In this document: one piece after another, positions 24,626 to 36,100 of the stretch
Layout of the letters: the number at the start of each line of letters is the position of its first letter
Numbering within the stretch: the first letter of the stretch is position 1
DNA from: Hydrolagus affinis
Taxonomy: Eukaryota
Assembly: GCA_012026655.1 (NCBI GenBank)
Contig: JAAILG010000458.1
Coordinates: forward strand, 1 to 64,000
Length of the DNA: 64,000 nt
Reading direction: 5' to 3'
Position numbers and translations under genes: made by a program
The notes under the pieces: model-generated
What the model was told of the DNA's origin: nothing
What the model saw: only the letters and a program-made list of their open reading frames with translations
The model's database searches: none

Positions 24626-25979
24626 ACATAACACCCTACAGCCCATCATGCTGGTTGCATCAGTGTATTAGATGTTGGCAGATCTTCTAACCTCATTACC
24701 CTGCACTTTAACTGCACTTCCACTCCCTCGTTTAATATATCTGCCACTCATGTCTCTGTCTATCCCTCTTTTTAATACCCTGATTGATTCTGTCTCTGCA
24801 GCTATCCAGAGCAAAGTATTCCCCATCTTTACAAGGCTTTGTGTGAAGAAATGCTTCCTGACTTCGGCACGTCCCCTCCAGCACTGCACTAGTGTATCGG
24901 CCTAGAGTGTCCCCAATGTGAGGCTTGAACTGAGCCCATTCTTTGCATCATTGGAGTCACTCTTTCAAAAAAAAGATTAATTTTAAAAAGTGAACTCCAG
25001 AGTTTGCACAGGTCAGACTCTGAAATGATTGGGGATGAGCTTTTGAGACATTACCTAATGGCTGTTTTTGTCACTCTGAGCTTTTCCACACCACAGGAAA
25101 TGGGTTTGTTTGGGTTGGGTGGGTGGACAGGAGCACAGGTTGGTTTAATAGACGGAATATGTGAGCGGGTGGTTGGTGGCCCAAGTCCTACTGAACGCGG
25201 TTTGGCCGCTGCACTCCGTGGCTTGTGAGCAGTGTTTCATTGAACCTCGGGTCATTGTGTGGGCGTTTGTGGCTTATGAAGTCAGGATGTGCACAATTTT
25301 GTCAATTGCAGCTTAACACGTGCTCTTAAACCATCAGCACATGTTCCAAATACACACAATAATGGAGGAATTTCTGTGCCAAATGGTGATGCGATTGTGT
25401 CTTTAAGCAATGCCTAAAGATATTTTAACTCATGGACCTGCTGTTACCATTTCTGACTTCCATAACCAGAGAACATACGAGGTTTTATAGCAATAGGAGC
25501 CCATCCTTATCAAAACTATATTTCAATCCCATTACCCTACTGTTTCTCCATGTCCCTTGATCACAAGATTGGTTCTGGATGAACACACGTTCAGCCCATC
25601 TGAACTCATTCTTCCAGAACACTTACCCTACTCGACCCCTTCACTACATCGAGCTGATTTTTAAATATGTCAGTGTCCTGGCCACGTCCAGCCTCCATGG
25701 TAACTCTTCCAGTAGTTAATTAACCTCTTGAGTAAAGATAAGCTTGCTGGTGTCTGAATTGAATCTGCCTCCTCTTGTTATTCATCTGTCTTGCTTCGTA
25801 AACACTATCTTCCTTTCCTCCTGTCCTAATTGATTAATAAACGGAATATGTGAGCGAGTGGTTGGTGGCACGAGTCCTACTGAACACGGTACATATTTTG
25901 GGGTGAAGGAATCTCCTCTTAGCTTTGGACTTAATGTTAAGATAACATTTTGTATTAGACAAGGCTTGTCAGTCATTTA

Positions 25980-26345
25980 GATAATAATAATCTTAGCATT
26001 TGATATAGTGTCTTACCAGGTATTCAAAACATCTCGAGCACTTCACATGATTTAGTGTATAGTGCCTGTTTTTGTAAATGAATGCAGGAATAATCTCACA
26101 AACAGCCATGAAGTGAATGACAGATTTTATCTGCAAGATTGTTGGCCAGGACATTGGGAGAAACTTACTTCTCTTCAAATTGTGCCTTTAGTGCCTTAAC
26201 GTTGACCTGAACAGGCAATTGGGATCTCAGATTCAAACCTTTATCCAAAGGATGGCACCTCCAACAATGCAACAGATTCTTAGCACTGCACAGGAGTGTT
26301 TGCATAGACTTTGAACACAAAGTGTTCTTGAATCCACAACCTCCT
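25980..26345 (-). mobile_element. Family B-like DeuSINE, degenerate
   Basis: Reverse of the SacSINE1-like body (GGATGGCACCTCCAACAATGCA) with (ATT) tail. Confidence 0.55.
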
Positions 26346-29190
26346 GACCTCTCCCCATCCTTTTAAGCTATCAAATAATTTGCAATATCCGCACACTTCT
26401 GGTCTTATAGCATCTGCATTGAGAGAACAGAAGAGAAGTTAAGATACACGTAAAAGGTTAGCAAAACCCAACTAATTGTAATTGTTTTACTGGGTCTTGT
26501 GAAATCAATCAGACAGAAAGATGGCAATGAAGTGTGCCACACATTTAGTGTCAAAGACAGAACTTGCTAAAATATAATAATTTTATACTAGTCATTTTGT
26601 GATATTAATGCTTACATTTTATAGAATGGCTTTCACGTCGGGAGAAGCTCCCGTCTATTTTTGAATCATGCTGTGGGATCTTTCATATCAGCAGGTACAT
26701 GGGAGATACATGGGACTTTAGTTCAATGGTCCATCCGAAGGACGGCACCTCTGACAATGCAGTGCTCCTGGACAGCTTTGGAGTGTCAATCTAGACTGTG
26801 AGTTATACACGTATACCACACCTTGTTCTCTGAGTGTTGCAGGTTGGGCTCAGTGAGATGAGTAATACTACATTGTGTGCGTTCCTCACAGTGCGGGGAT
26901 GCAGTGGGGGAATTGCTGACCCTGTGTTGACCACGGGTCTCCACACTGCCTAGTCTCAATGAAACTGCCAAATGTCAGTGACACTTCTGTTAGTTGTGAT
27001 GTTTTGAAAATTTGAAATTCAGAGAGCCTAGACTTTGCCTTCAGTGAATACTAATATGATAAACATTAATGGCAAAGGTAAGTCATTGATCACGTGGAGG
27101 GCATGGAGTGGTCTGTGGGTCTCTGTCTCACTCGACTTTAGGAAGTCACTGATCCTCTGCGTATTCTGATGTATATGGGAATAAGTGCTGGTTGGCCTAA
27201 CCCGTGCCGGTGATGCTCTCACCCCCTTCTTCCCTGACCCAATCCAGACTCAATGTATATGGAGCCTCACATGAGATCAGCTCACTTGACTCAGAGACAG
27301 ATTTCTGCATTTCTGCTGTGTACAGCCCATTGCTGGCCTTTTCTCACTGAAACATGGTCAGTTTATCATTTTCAAAGCTTGCTTTAGTAGACCACGGGTA
27401 GAAAAGAACACAACTATTTTTCACCTGCCAGTATTGTGTAAATACGATTCTTATTTGCTTTTGCATAATAATCCTGTAACCTTGAAAATTTAAAGCTTAT
27501 ATTTGGGGAATTGACTGGAATTTACACAAACTGCCTGATGTTTGTCCACGGTTATGGAACGTAGAGATCTTGGAACTTCAATGTTCAGTGACTATCGTTG
27601 GTGACAACACTCCAATCAAACTGGGAAAACCAAGGGAAACATTCTGCATTAGTTTGAAATAAAATTAACTGAAGAATTCTTCACCAATCTTGCAATCTTA
27701 AATTTAAGGACAAAATGGTCTCTGGGGATGTGACTTTTGGGGGGAGGTTAGGGCAGAGGTCTGACTAGTTTTTCTCTGGTCTCACCTCCAGGATACCCTA
27801 TCACAGGGAGCCCTCTAAACTCTTGGAAACTAATCATATTCACAAATGTCTTTGCAGTATTAATATTTTGAAGCATGTAAAACCAATTATGTCATCCCAG
27901 AGTTTGAATTGGATAAAATCCTCTGGTTTTATTCTGAGCGTGTGATTCCGTGTATGATTTTCCTGTATGTTACAGTGTAATTATTAATTTTCTTATCAAA
28001 TAAAATATGGAATATAACAAACCCTGAATTGTTCAATACTTTATGTTCGGAGATTTGTTTTGCCCAGCCTGCAGTTTTAGCCCTCCATTGCTGTGGTTAT
28101 TTCAGACGCTGCCCCCACATTTTCAAACACTGCCGTTCCAGTTCTTTTGTCCCTAATATCCAGGCTGTAACCAGCACAGTGTGTGTAAAGCAATCTTCAC
28201 TGTGAGAACCGTGACAGACAACTTTAATAAAAGTATTAAATGAGTGCAACACTGGAGTGAGGAGGCCCTGCTGAACGGGTTTTGCTGGAATCTATTTGTG
28301 AGAAAAGTAAAAGCCAGCACTGCAAGAGCCCAGAACAGGAAGAGTCTGATAAGAATTTACACACATGTTGAATCCTGTATCCCAAGAAGTGTAAATATGT
28401 ACACTGTATGTCCAGAGGGACCGTCAACAACTTAGCCCTGGCATGCAAGGACACAGTAATCAAACACACACACACACTTTAAATACACAGCACAGAGATA
28501 CACACACACATGCACACAAACAAACACCAGAGTAGCAGAAAGACAGAATGACAACAACTCAACAATTCCACTAAACTCTTGATAACTCGTCACTACAATG
28601 GAAAGGAGCTCAATGGCGAAGTGGCGAGTTACACACATACATAAATAAATGCAGCCAGGATGTTTACATCCCGGGATGTTCAACAATAAAGCCATCTCGG
28701 ACCATCACTTAATTTCCTTAACACCTCCGTACCCCTTCCCCCTAGTCAATCCTCTACCATCACCTCCCACTCTTGGGAAAAAAAATCTTCTCCCTCTCCC
28801 TCTCTGCTGCCCTAGAGTCATCTGACCTCTTATCTCTCTGGCCCTCACTAACTAACCTACCGTCTTTGCTCTCCTCCATAAATCCCTCTCCTCCATCCTC
28901 GACTCTCTTGCCCCCCTCACCTCTCAAACGGCCTCTTACTCCCGTAACTCCCGCTGGTACACCAGCCACCTCCAATCCCTCAAGGCATAATAATAATATA
29001 TAATAATATTAAGAGGCATAAGAGTGAGCTGCCGAATGCGCCTGAACCAAATCCAAACTAACAGTCCATCAGCAGATTTGGCTGGATTTCACAAAGACTT
29101 ACTGCTCCGCCCTTGTCTCCAAGTCCTCCTTGTCCTCCCAAGATAATCTTGGAGACCAAGGATAACCCCAGGCTCCTCTTCACTCCACCA

Positions 29191-29430
29191 GGAGCCCTGT
29201 AGTTCAGTGGTTAGAGCTCTTGCCTTACAAGCGAGAGACCAGTCAGGGCGAAATCTTGGGCAAATTTCCTTACTCCAGATATTAATCCCTCAAAAAATAA
29301 AACAGTAATAAATTGGTCAGTTCAATCCAAGATTGTTTGTGGGACACTGCTATGCAATTGGTTGCTGCGGTTCGCCCACAAATATCGGTCAATTCACTTT
29401 ACAGTTTATTCTGTGAAATGCTTTGTGACA
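29191..29430 (+). mobile_element. Family A SINE, 3'-truncated
   Basis: GGAGCCCTGTAGTTCAGTGGTTAGAG head and Deu core. Confidence 0.8.
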
Positions 29431-31844
29431 GATATCTGGAAGATTTTCTTTACTGAGAAAGTAATTCATTTCTGGAACAGGGTGGCAGCAAGGGTGTTTT
29501 AGACTAGGACACGACTTATTTTAAAAACAGCTCAATGCTATGGGAGGGCAGTAAGATTGATATTTTGGAGGGATGAGATCAGGTGGTCTAAAGGGCCTTC
29601 TTCATCTGGACATCTCTTGTGATTTGAGTTGTGATACAATTAACAAGGCTACAGCGCCACTGGCAGGTAAAAGTACAAACTGACGATTTGATTGCATATT
29701 TATCACATCAAAGTGTCCAGCAAAGCTGCACAAGTAATTATCCTCAAGTAGAGTGTCTATTTGTTGCAGGTAAAAATGACTGCAACGTCCTACAAATAGT
29801 CAGGAGATGAATGGTCAATTTTATTTGGGGGAATTGTTGGATTATAAGAGTATAAATTTAGTATAAATTTAGCTATAAAAGATGTGTAAGACATAAGACT
29901 TTAAAAAAGATAAATAAAACAGTAAAAGAATGAACGGTTTTCTTGGCAAATAGTATATGTTTTTCAAAGATCTTGTGAACTTGGGTTTTAAGCATTTTTA
30001 GTTGCGGGGATATTGTTTACATGTAACCTGAAGACCATGTATGACATGTTGGGATGTCCTCTCGACGTGAAAGGCGCTACACCAATGTAATTTTGTTGTT
30101 GACATATGGAACAAAAAACACTGCACATTGTAAAGTGGACAGGATTATCGGGTTAGAAACAAAACTGTTTAGAATCATAACTGACGAAGGGTCGTGGACC
30201 CGAAAGGTTGACTCGCTTTCCTTTCTCCATAGAAGCTGCCTGGTCTGCTGAGTGTTCCCAGCTATTTCTGTTTTTGTTTCAGATTTCCAGCATCTGCAGT
30301 ATTTTGCGTTTTTGTTTATCAGATCAGATCCTGCATCTGTGCCAAGTTACTTCTGCGCATCAGTTGAGTTGTTGCAATTGGCCTTGGTGTCTCTGGGCTG
30401 GGAGGAGGGTGTGGGCAGGTGGCAAAAATCAACAACAACAACAATATTACACATGTATAGCACCTTTCGCGTCAGGAAGACATCCCAAAGCGCTGAAATC
30501 AGGCACAGTTCCTGCTGGGGTCTGCCATTCAGCGAGCCCTGGTCCTTGTGTGGACATAAAGTGAGGATAGCATCTCCCCCGCTCCACAACACACTCACTC
30601 ACAAAGTCGCTGTTGTTATTTACTGTCTCTGCTCACACCAAGAATGATCAACCGCTGCACCAAAGGATGACTGACAACTGACAGCTCAGGGTTCTGGTCA
30701 GTAGCAAAGAGCCAGAACCATAAATAGCTAAAAGAGCCGAGACTTATAAAGACATATGACCTTTATTCAGTACTTTGTGAGAAGTGTCGTCAGCACATCA
30801 AGGTTACAGATAGCTACAGTCCTGGTACTTCTCACTCTCCTCTCACTCACAGTGGGAGGACAAATGGCTTTAACACAACATACAGTGCAGAGAGATTATG
30901 TTCAGTGCAGATCAGGAGGGTGGATTGGTCACATCCTAAACCTAGTTCATCTTGGGTGGGTGGAGGAATGGGGGGGTCAGCTGAGTAGAATTAATAGCTG
31001 ACTCACTGTCACTCTCCCTCTCTCAATTTACCTACAACCGTGGAGCTTTGGTCTGACTATAGTCTGAGAATTAACCACAAGAAACATCAGTAAGGTTTGG
31101 CTTCAGCTCAAGGGTCAAGGAAAAAGCTTTAAATTTAGAGGAATTCCCTCAATCTAGTGTGTAGCTCCCACACGCACTCCACCACCCCACATATACACAT
31201 GCACACACCCCAACACACACATATGTACGTGCATACATGGGTGGGGAGGGTGGAGGGATGAAGAAGAAATGTGGTGGAGGAAAAGGGAGATTTAGATACG
31301 AGGAAGAGCGGTGGAGGCGGAGGGAGGGAGAGGAGGGCACATCTTTGCTCCTCCAGGATCTATATCTGTATTCAGACAGGACAGTATGACACTGCCCCCT
31401 CACCAGATCCCCCACCACCCTCAGTCCAAAGAGACAAAATGTAAGAGATGCACATCTAATGGCTGAGCCGACACCAGCTCCAACAACGGGAGAGAGACAT
31501 TTAACAATGACAGAGCGGGGTGAGGGCCCAGCCGGGCCGGGCTGGACTATTGGCACCATCACCCCCAGTAAACCTACTGCCATTCATTTCCAAGTCCTGA
31601 TGTGCAAGTGTAGAGAGATCGTCTGAGCAAACACTGGAGACACACATTGGATTGGTGACATTCTGATACGGAAATTGAACTGGCGGCCATTGTTAGTTTT
31701 TTTCCTATTATACTGTGGTGGGTTTGGAGGTTTACAGGCCCCTAAACCTGCCGTGTTATAACAGGGTCCATTAGTGTCCATAAAAGCCCCCAACTTATTA
31801 CTTTTTATACAAACACTGATTTACTGAGTGGGCAGGAGAGTGAG

Positions 31845-31860
31845 AGGGAGGGGGAGAGAC

Positions 31861-31891
<31 letters not shown>

Positions 31892-31903
31892 AGGGGAGAG
31901 AGA
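31845..31903. repeat. (GA)n microsatellite
   Basis: Imperfect AG/GACA repeat array. Confidence 0.85.
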
Positions 31904-32422
31904 CATACACCATTACAGGAGTCTGATATTGGTTATTGTTCAGAAGTAAAAATTAAAAAAAATACATTTGCACACACAACATTCCATATACAAATATTAA
32001 TCGTCACATGTACACAATGGAGAGATCTGCATTATTCCGGGCTGTCCTGGAATCCCGGGGAGATAAAAGTATAACTCTCGGGGGGAAATTTCCCCTCTTC
32101 CTGTCCCATTTCCCCCCCACCTCAAAAAAAGCGCTTTACATTTTCTTTTCTTTTTTTTTTACACACACGATTTGAACCCATTTCTTTGGCTTGTTTCCAC
32201 TCTTCCCTCTCGCTTTTTATTTTCAATGATATTTTTCCTTTAAAAAATTACAACTGTACAGAGTTTTTTTTGTGGGGGATGTTCCTGTTGGCAGCGCCTG
32301 GCCGTTTTGGGTGGGGCTGAGTGAAGGGCAGGAAGGGAGGGAGAGAGGGAAGGGTGGGGGGTGGTGTGGGGTGTGGGGTAGGGGGAAAGGAAAGTGGGGC
32401 ATACTGGAGACAGAGCGGGGGC

Positions 32423-32636
32423 TTATTTGCGAGCGTGCGGCAGGTAGCTGTTTTCGATGCAGAGGACAATGAAGGAGCTGCTGCAGGCCACCGGGCGCTG
32501 TTCCAGGAGCTTGTGGCTGCCGAGCGCAGAGGCCATGCCTGTGACTGCCCTGTCCGCGGCTCTCCAGGCCTCACAATAATTGGTGGACAGGCGATGACCC
32601 TTGGAGTCAGAGCCGTGCCACATCATCTTCTCAGGC
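32423..32636 (-). CDS. COL18A1: COL18A1 last exon, endostatin C-terminus ([10 protein letters not shown]...[15 protein letters not shown])
   Basis: ctcag acceptor, phase 2, TAA at 32423-32425. Confidence 0.95.
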
Positions 32637-33129
32637 CTGAGGCAATCACCACAAAAACAGGAGAAAAAGGAAATGTTATACTGGTAGTTACAAAGATTGT
32701 ACAACAGAAATTGGCCATTCAGCCTAACTAGTCTGTGCTGGTATTGACAGCCCATGTGAGTCTTTGCATCGTTTTACACTTGATCTTGTTATAACAATAA
32801 AATGATTAAGTGTGTTACTGTGCGCAAGAACAAAGCATGTTGCGGTGTGGATATACATACCAGGCTTGGTCACGCAACACATCCCGCCCGTCGAAGGAAT
32901 AGATGGGAATGTTGGAATGGAAACGTGCATGCGATCCGGAGAAGAGGGAGTTCCAGTTATCGAACAGCACCTCATCCTGAGGAGAAAGAGCAGCCAGGTC
33001 ATAGCAGACCTCTTAATCAGCCATGAACTATTTTTGTGCAACCAGCAATTTTCTACAAGACTGAACGCTGTGAGGAATTTAATAAATTTACATAATCCGG
33101 TGAGAAATGCCACAAACTAAACTGGTAAA

Positions 33130-33161
<32 letters not shown>

Positions 33162-36100
33162 GCAGTGGGGGGGAGGAGGGGAGGGAGGGGCTCTGACCTT
33201 GAGGTTAACGATTTTCAGGGTGCCTCTGTCAGCACGCCTCACCACACTGTACAGGTCCTGCAGTCTAGAGGAGAGGAAAGCTCTGAAGGTGCCGGTGAGC
33301 CCAATGGCCCGAGCCTGCTGGAAACACTGGAAATCCGCACCACGGATCCCCCGCATGTCACCCCCCAGGGGAGTGTTCAACGCCATGAGGTGCAGCTGAG
33401 GAAAGAATCAGAACGTCAGCCCTACAAACATCCCCAACTCCAACACCCAGCGCATGTGCAAACCCTTCACCGTCCAGCGCCTTGGGACAACCTCCCAACG
33501 TGAAAGCCGCTGTATAAAGATATTTTGTTGTTGTTGCACACATCACTCAAAATGATGATGTTACAATATTGTGACCCCCACGATCTTCTGACCTGGATTT
33601 CTGACGCAAGCTGAAACCCATCACCGTGCTTAAGAGTATCCAAACCAGGCTGAGAATTTCATCCATCCCACCTATACACGGAAATCCCACGGGATCCATT
33701 GTTGGAATGGAATGTGCCATCTTTCCCTGGAGGGACACATCCTGTTTACCTAATCCCAGAAAGTATGAGGTGTAGGTTGGCAAAAGCCTAGGCTTGGGGA
33801 CCCCAGAGTGTGCATTGGGGGAAGCTGTTGGGAGTCTAACCAGCTAAATCCGCATAGCTCGCCAACGAGAGTGTTGTTTGGCAAACTCTCCTGCTGCTTG
33901 TCTGATCCGGAGGTGAGAGCACTGAGGCGTCACAGCAGTAATATTGTGTTTCAATGGCCACATTGCAATTTACCATAGGTCCAGTGATTGGGAGCCTGGA
34001 GCCGGTCGAGGGCTTGTGGGGTGGCTGTTGGTGTCCTGTGCTGGGGCGTGTTGGCTGTCCCTGGGGTGTGTGCTGATTGTGGTGGGGCTGCTGTGGCTGC
34101 TGGGGAGGTTGGCTTTGCCGGAGGTTGTGCTCTGGTTGCTCAGGTGGGGGTGGGCGCTGGTCAGGCCGGGGGATCCGAGGCTGACCTGATCGGGTCGAGG
34201 AGTCGCCGTGGGTGCCGTACTGCACCACCGGTGGTGAGCCCACTGCCTCCACATTGTTCTCCTGAAAACATACAAGCCATGTAAACAGCAAAACCCCCCC
34301 AAAACCTAGCTCACCACCAACAAACACATGTCCTAAACACCACAGGAACCTCATGCCCTGCACACCGAAATCTCACTCACTACAGTCACACACACACATG
34401 CACACACACACGCACGCACGCAAGCACACACACGCACACACACGCACACGTGTGTAGCCTAAAAATTGAGCACCATCACACTCACCACCATCACATACTC
34501 ATTTTATTTTTATGAAGAAACAACAAGACACGGAGCAGGAAAATAAAGTAAAGAGGAAACTCACAAGCACATTCCCTCCCAGGTATGGAACATATTGTCC
34601 AAGCTGTGAACAAACAGAAGAGAATCAAGCTGCAATCCCTGTGCCCAGGGCCTGCGCTGCCCCTGAGCTACCACCAACCACGAGCCCCCACCACCCACCC
34701 CACCAACCCTGCAGCCCATGAAAACAAAGGACTGAAAACTAAAGGGAGATTCACAATAACTAAAGGGAGATTCACACTCACGTTAACCTGTCGCCATCCC
34801 TCCCGTACTCGGAGATACAGCTCCCCCCGTTCCATCATATAGACCAGAGAACCCTCTTGCAGATTCCTTGTCAGGCTCAGCATCATCTGATAGGTGCGAA
34901 CCACTGTAACCTGGAGCACATTGGAAGGAGGAGACTTTAGAACTAAGGAAAGCCTGGACATGGACATCACTGAAGGAGTAGACGATAATGGGGTTCTTTG
35001 GGTTTAAATAAATTTTAGACTCAAAGTAAAGCAGAGACCGGTTGGAACTCACTTTCTAATAATAATAATAATAATAATATTCCCACACATCTCAACGGCT
35101 TGTTTTATCTGAGGTGTGTAAGCATAGACCTGGCAGAGGAATATCTTATTCTGGACATGACCAGGAGCCAGTCACACAGTGCAGCAAGTGAGCTTACTGA
35201 GCAACCAGGCAGGGCAAAACCTTGGGCAAGTTTCCTTACTCCACTCGCCTGATAATAATAAATTAATTAATCCAGGACTGTTTGTGGGACACTGCTGTGC
35301 GCAATTGGCTGCAGTGTTTCACTCACAAACATACAGTCAATTCACTCTAAGTAAACTCTGCGAAGCGCTTTGAGACATCTAGAAGAAGTGCATATCAAAT
35401 GCAAGGATTACTATTATTATTATTATAATCTGTTAGTGTAGGGATAGAGCAGGGTAGCGAGAGTGGGGGGATGATTTGCAAAGTGTGGTATTATAGTGAA
35501 CTGTGAACTATTAAACTCTACTTCCAGCGCACAGTCTTACCCCGGAGGACGAGGATGGAGGGCCTGGTAGCCCGGGAGGCCCAGGCGGTCCCACAATTCC
35601 TGTGTGGGAGCAAACCAGTCACAATATTAATGTTTCAGGCAATATAATACGAATATGAATATGTTTAACTGCCCACCGACTGTCTGCAAGCCCACTGTAC
35701 CTTTCTCGCTCTGTCTCCCCTCTCCGAACTTCTGGTAACTCTCTTTCTCTGAGCATCTCTGCATTTTCTCTTTCTCTGTGCTCTATTACTTTCTCTGCCA
35801 TCAAAGTAATCTTTTTGATTCTATTACTGTGTCTCTATAATTTTAACTGTGTCTCTGTATCTCTGTCCTTCTCTGACTCTTACCCTACACTGTACAAAAA
35901 TAAGCACCCCCAGCACTTCACAGGAGTGTCAGCCTAGAATATGAGCTCAAAGTTCCCAACATGGAGTCTGGAACCCACAACTAACCAATTCAGAGATAAA
36001 AGGGCCTGCTCTCAACTGAACCAGCTGACCCCAATTTATACTAATCTCTTTGCTTCATAAACCATAGTCTTCAAATGAAAACAGCACTAACTTGTTACAG

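Noticed and set aside
33644-33756. Apparent decayed duplicate of endostatin exon 32861-32976 (shared GTTGGAATGGAA, ACCAGGCT, CATCCC in order)
   Set aside because: The segment aligns better and over a longer span to 14453-14590 and 48942-49130, so it is a dispersed repeat and the exon similarity is probably chance
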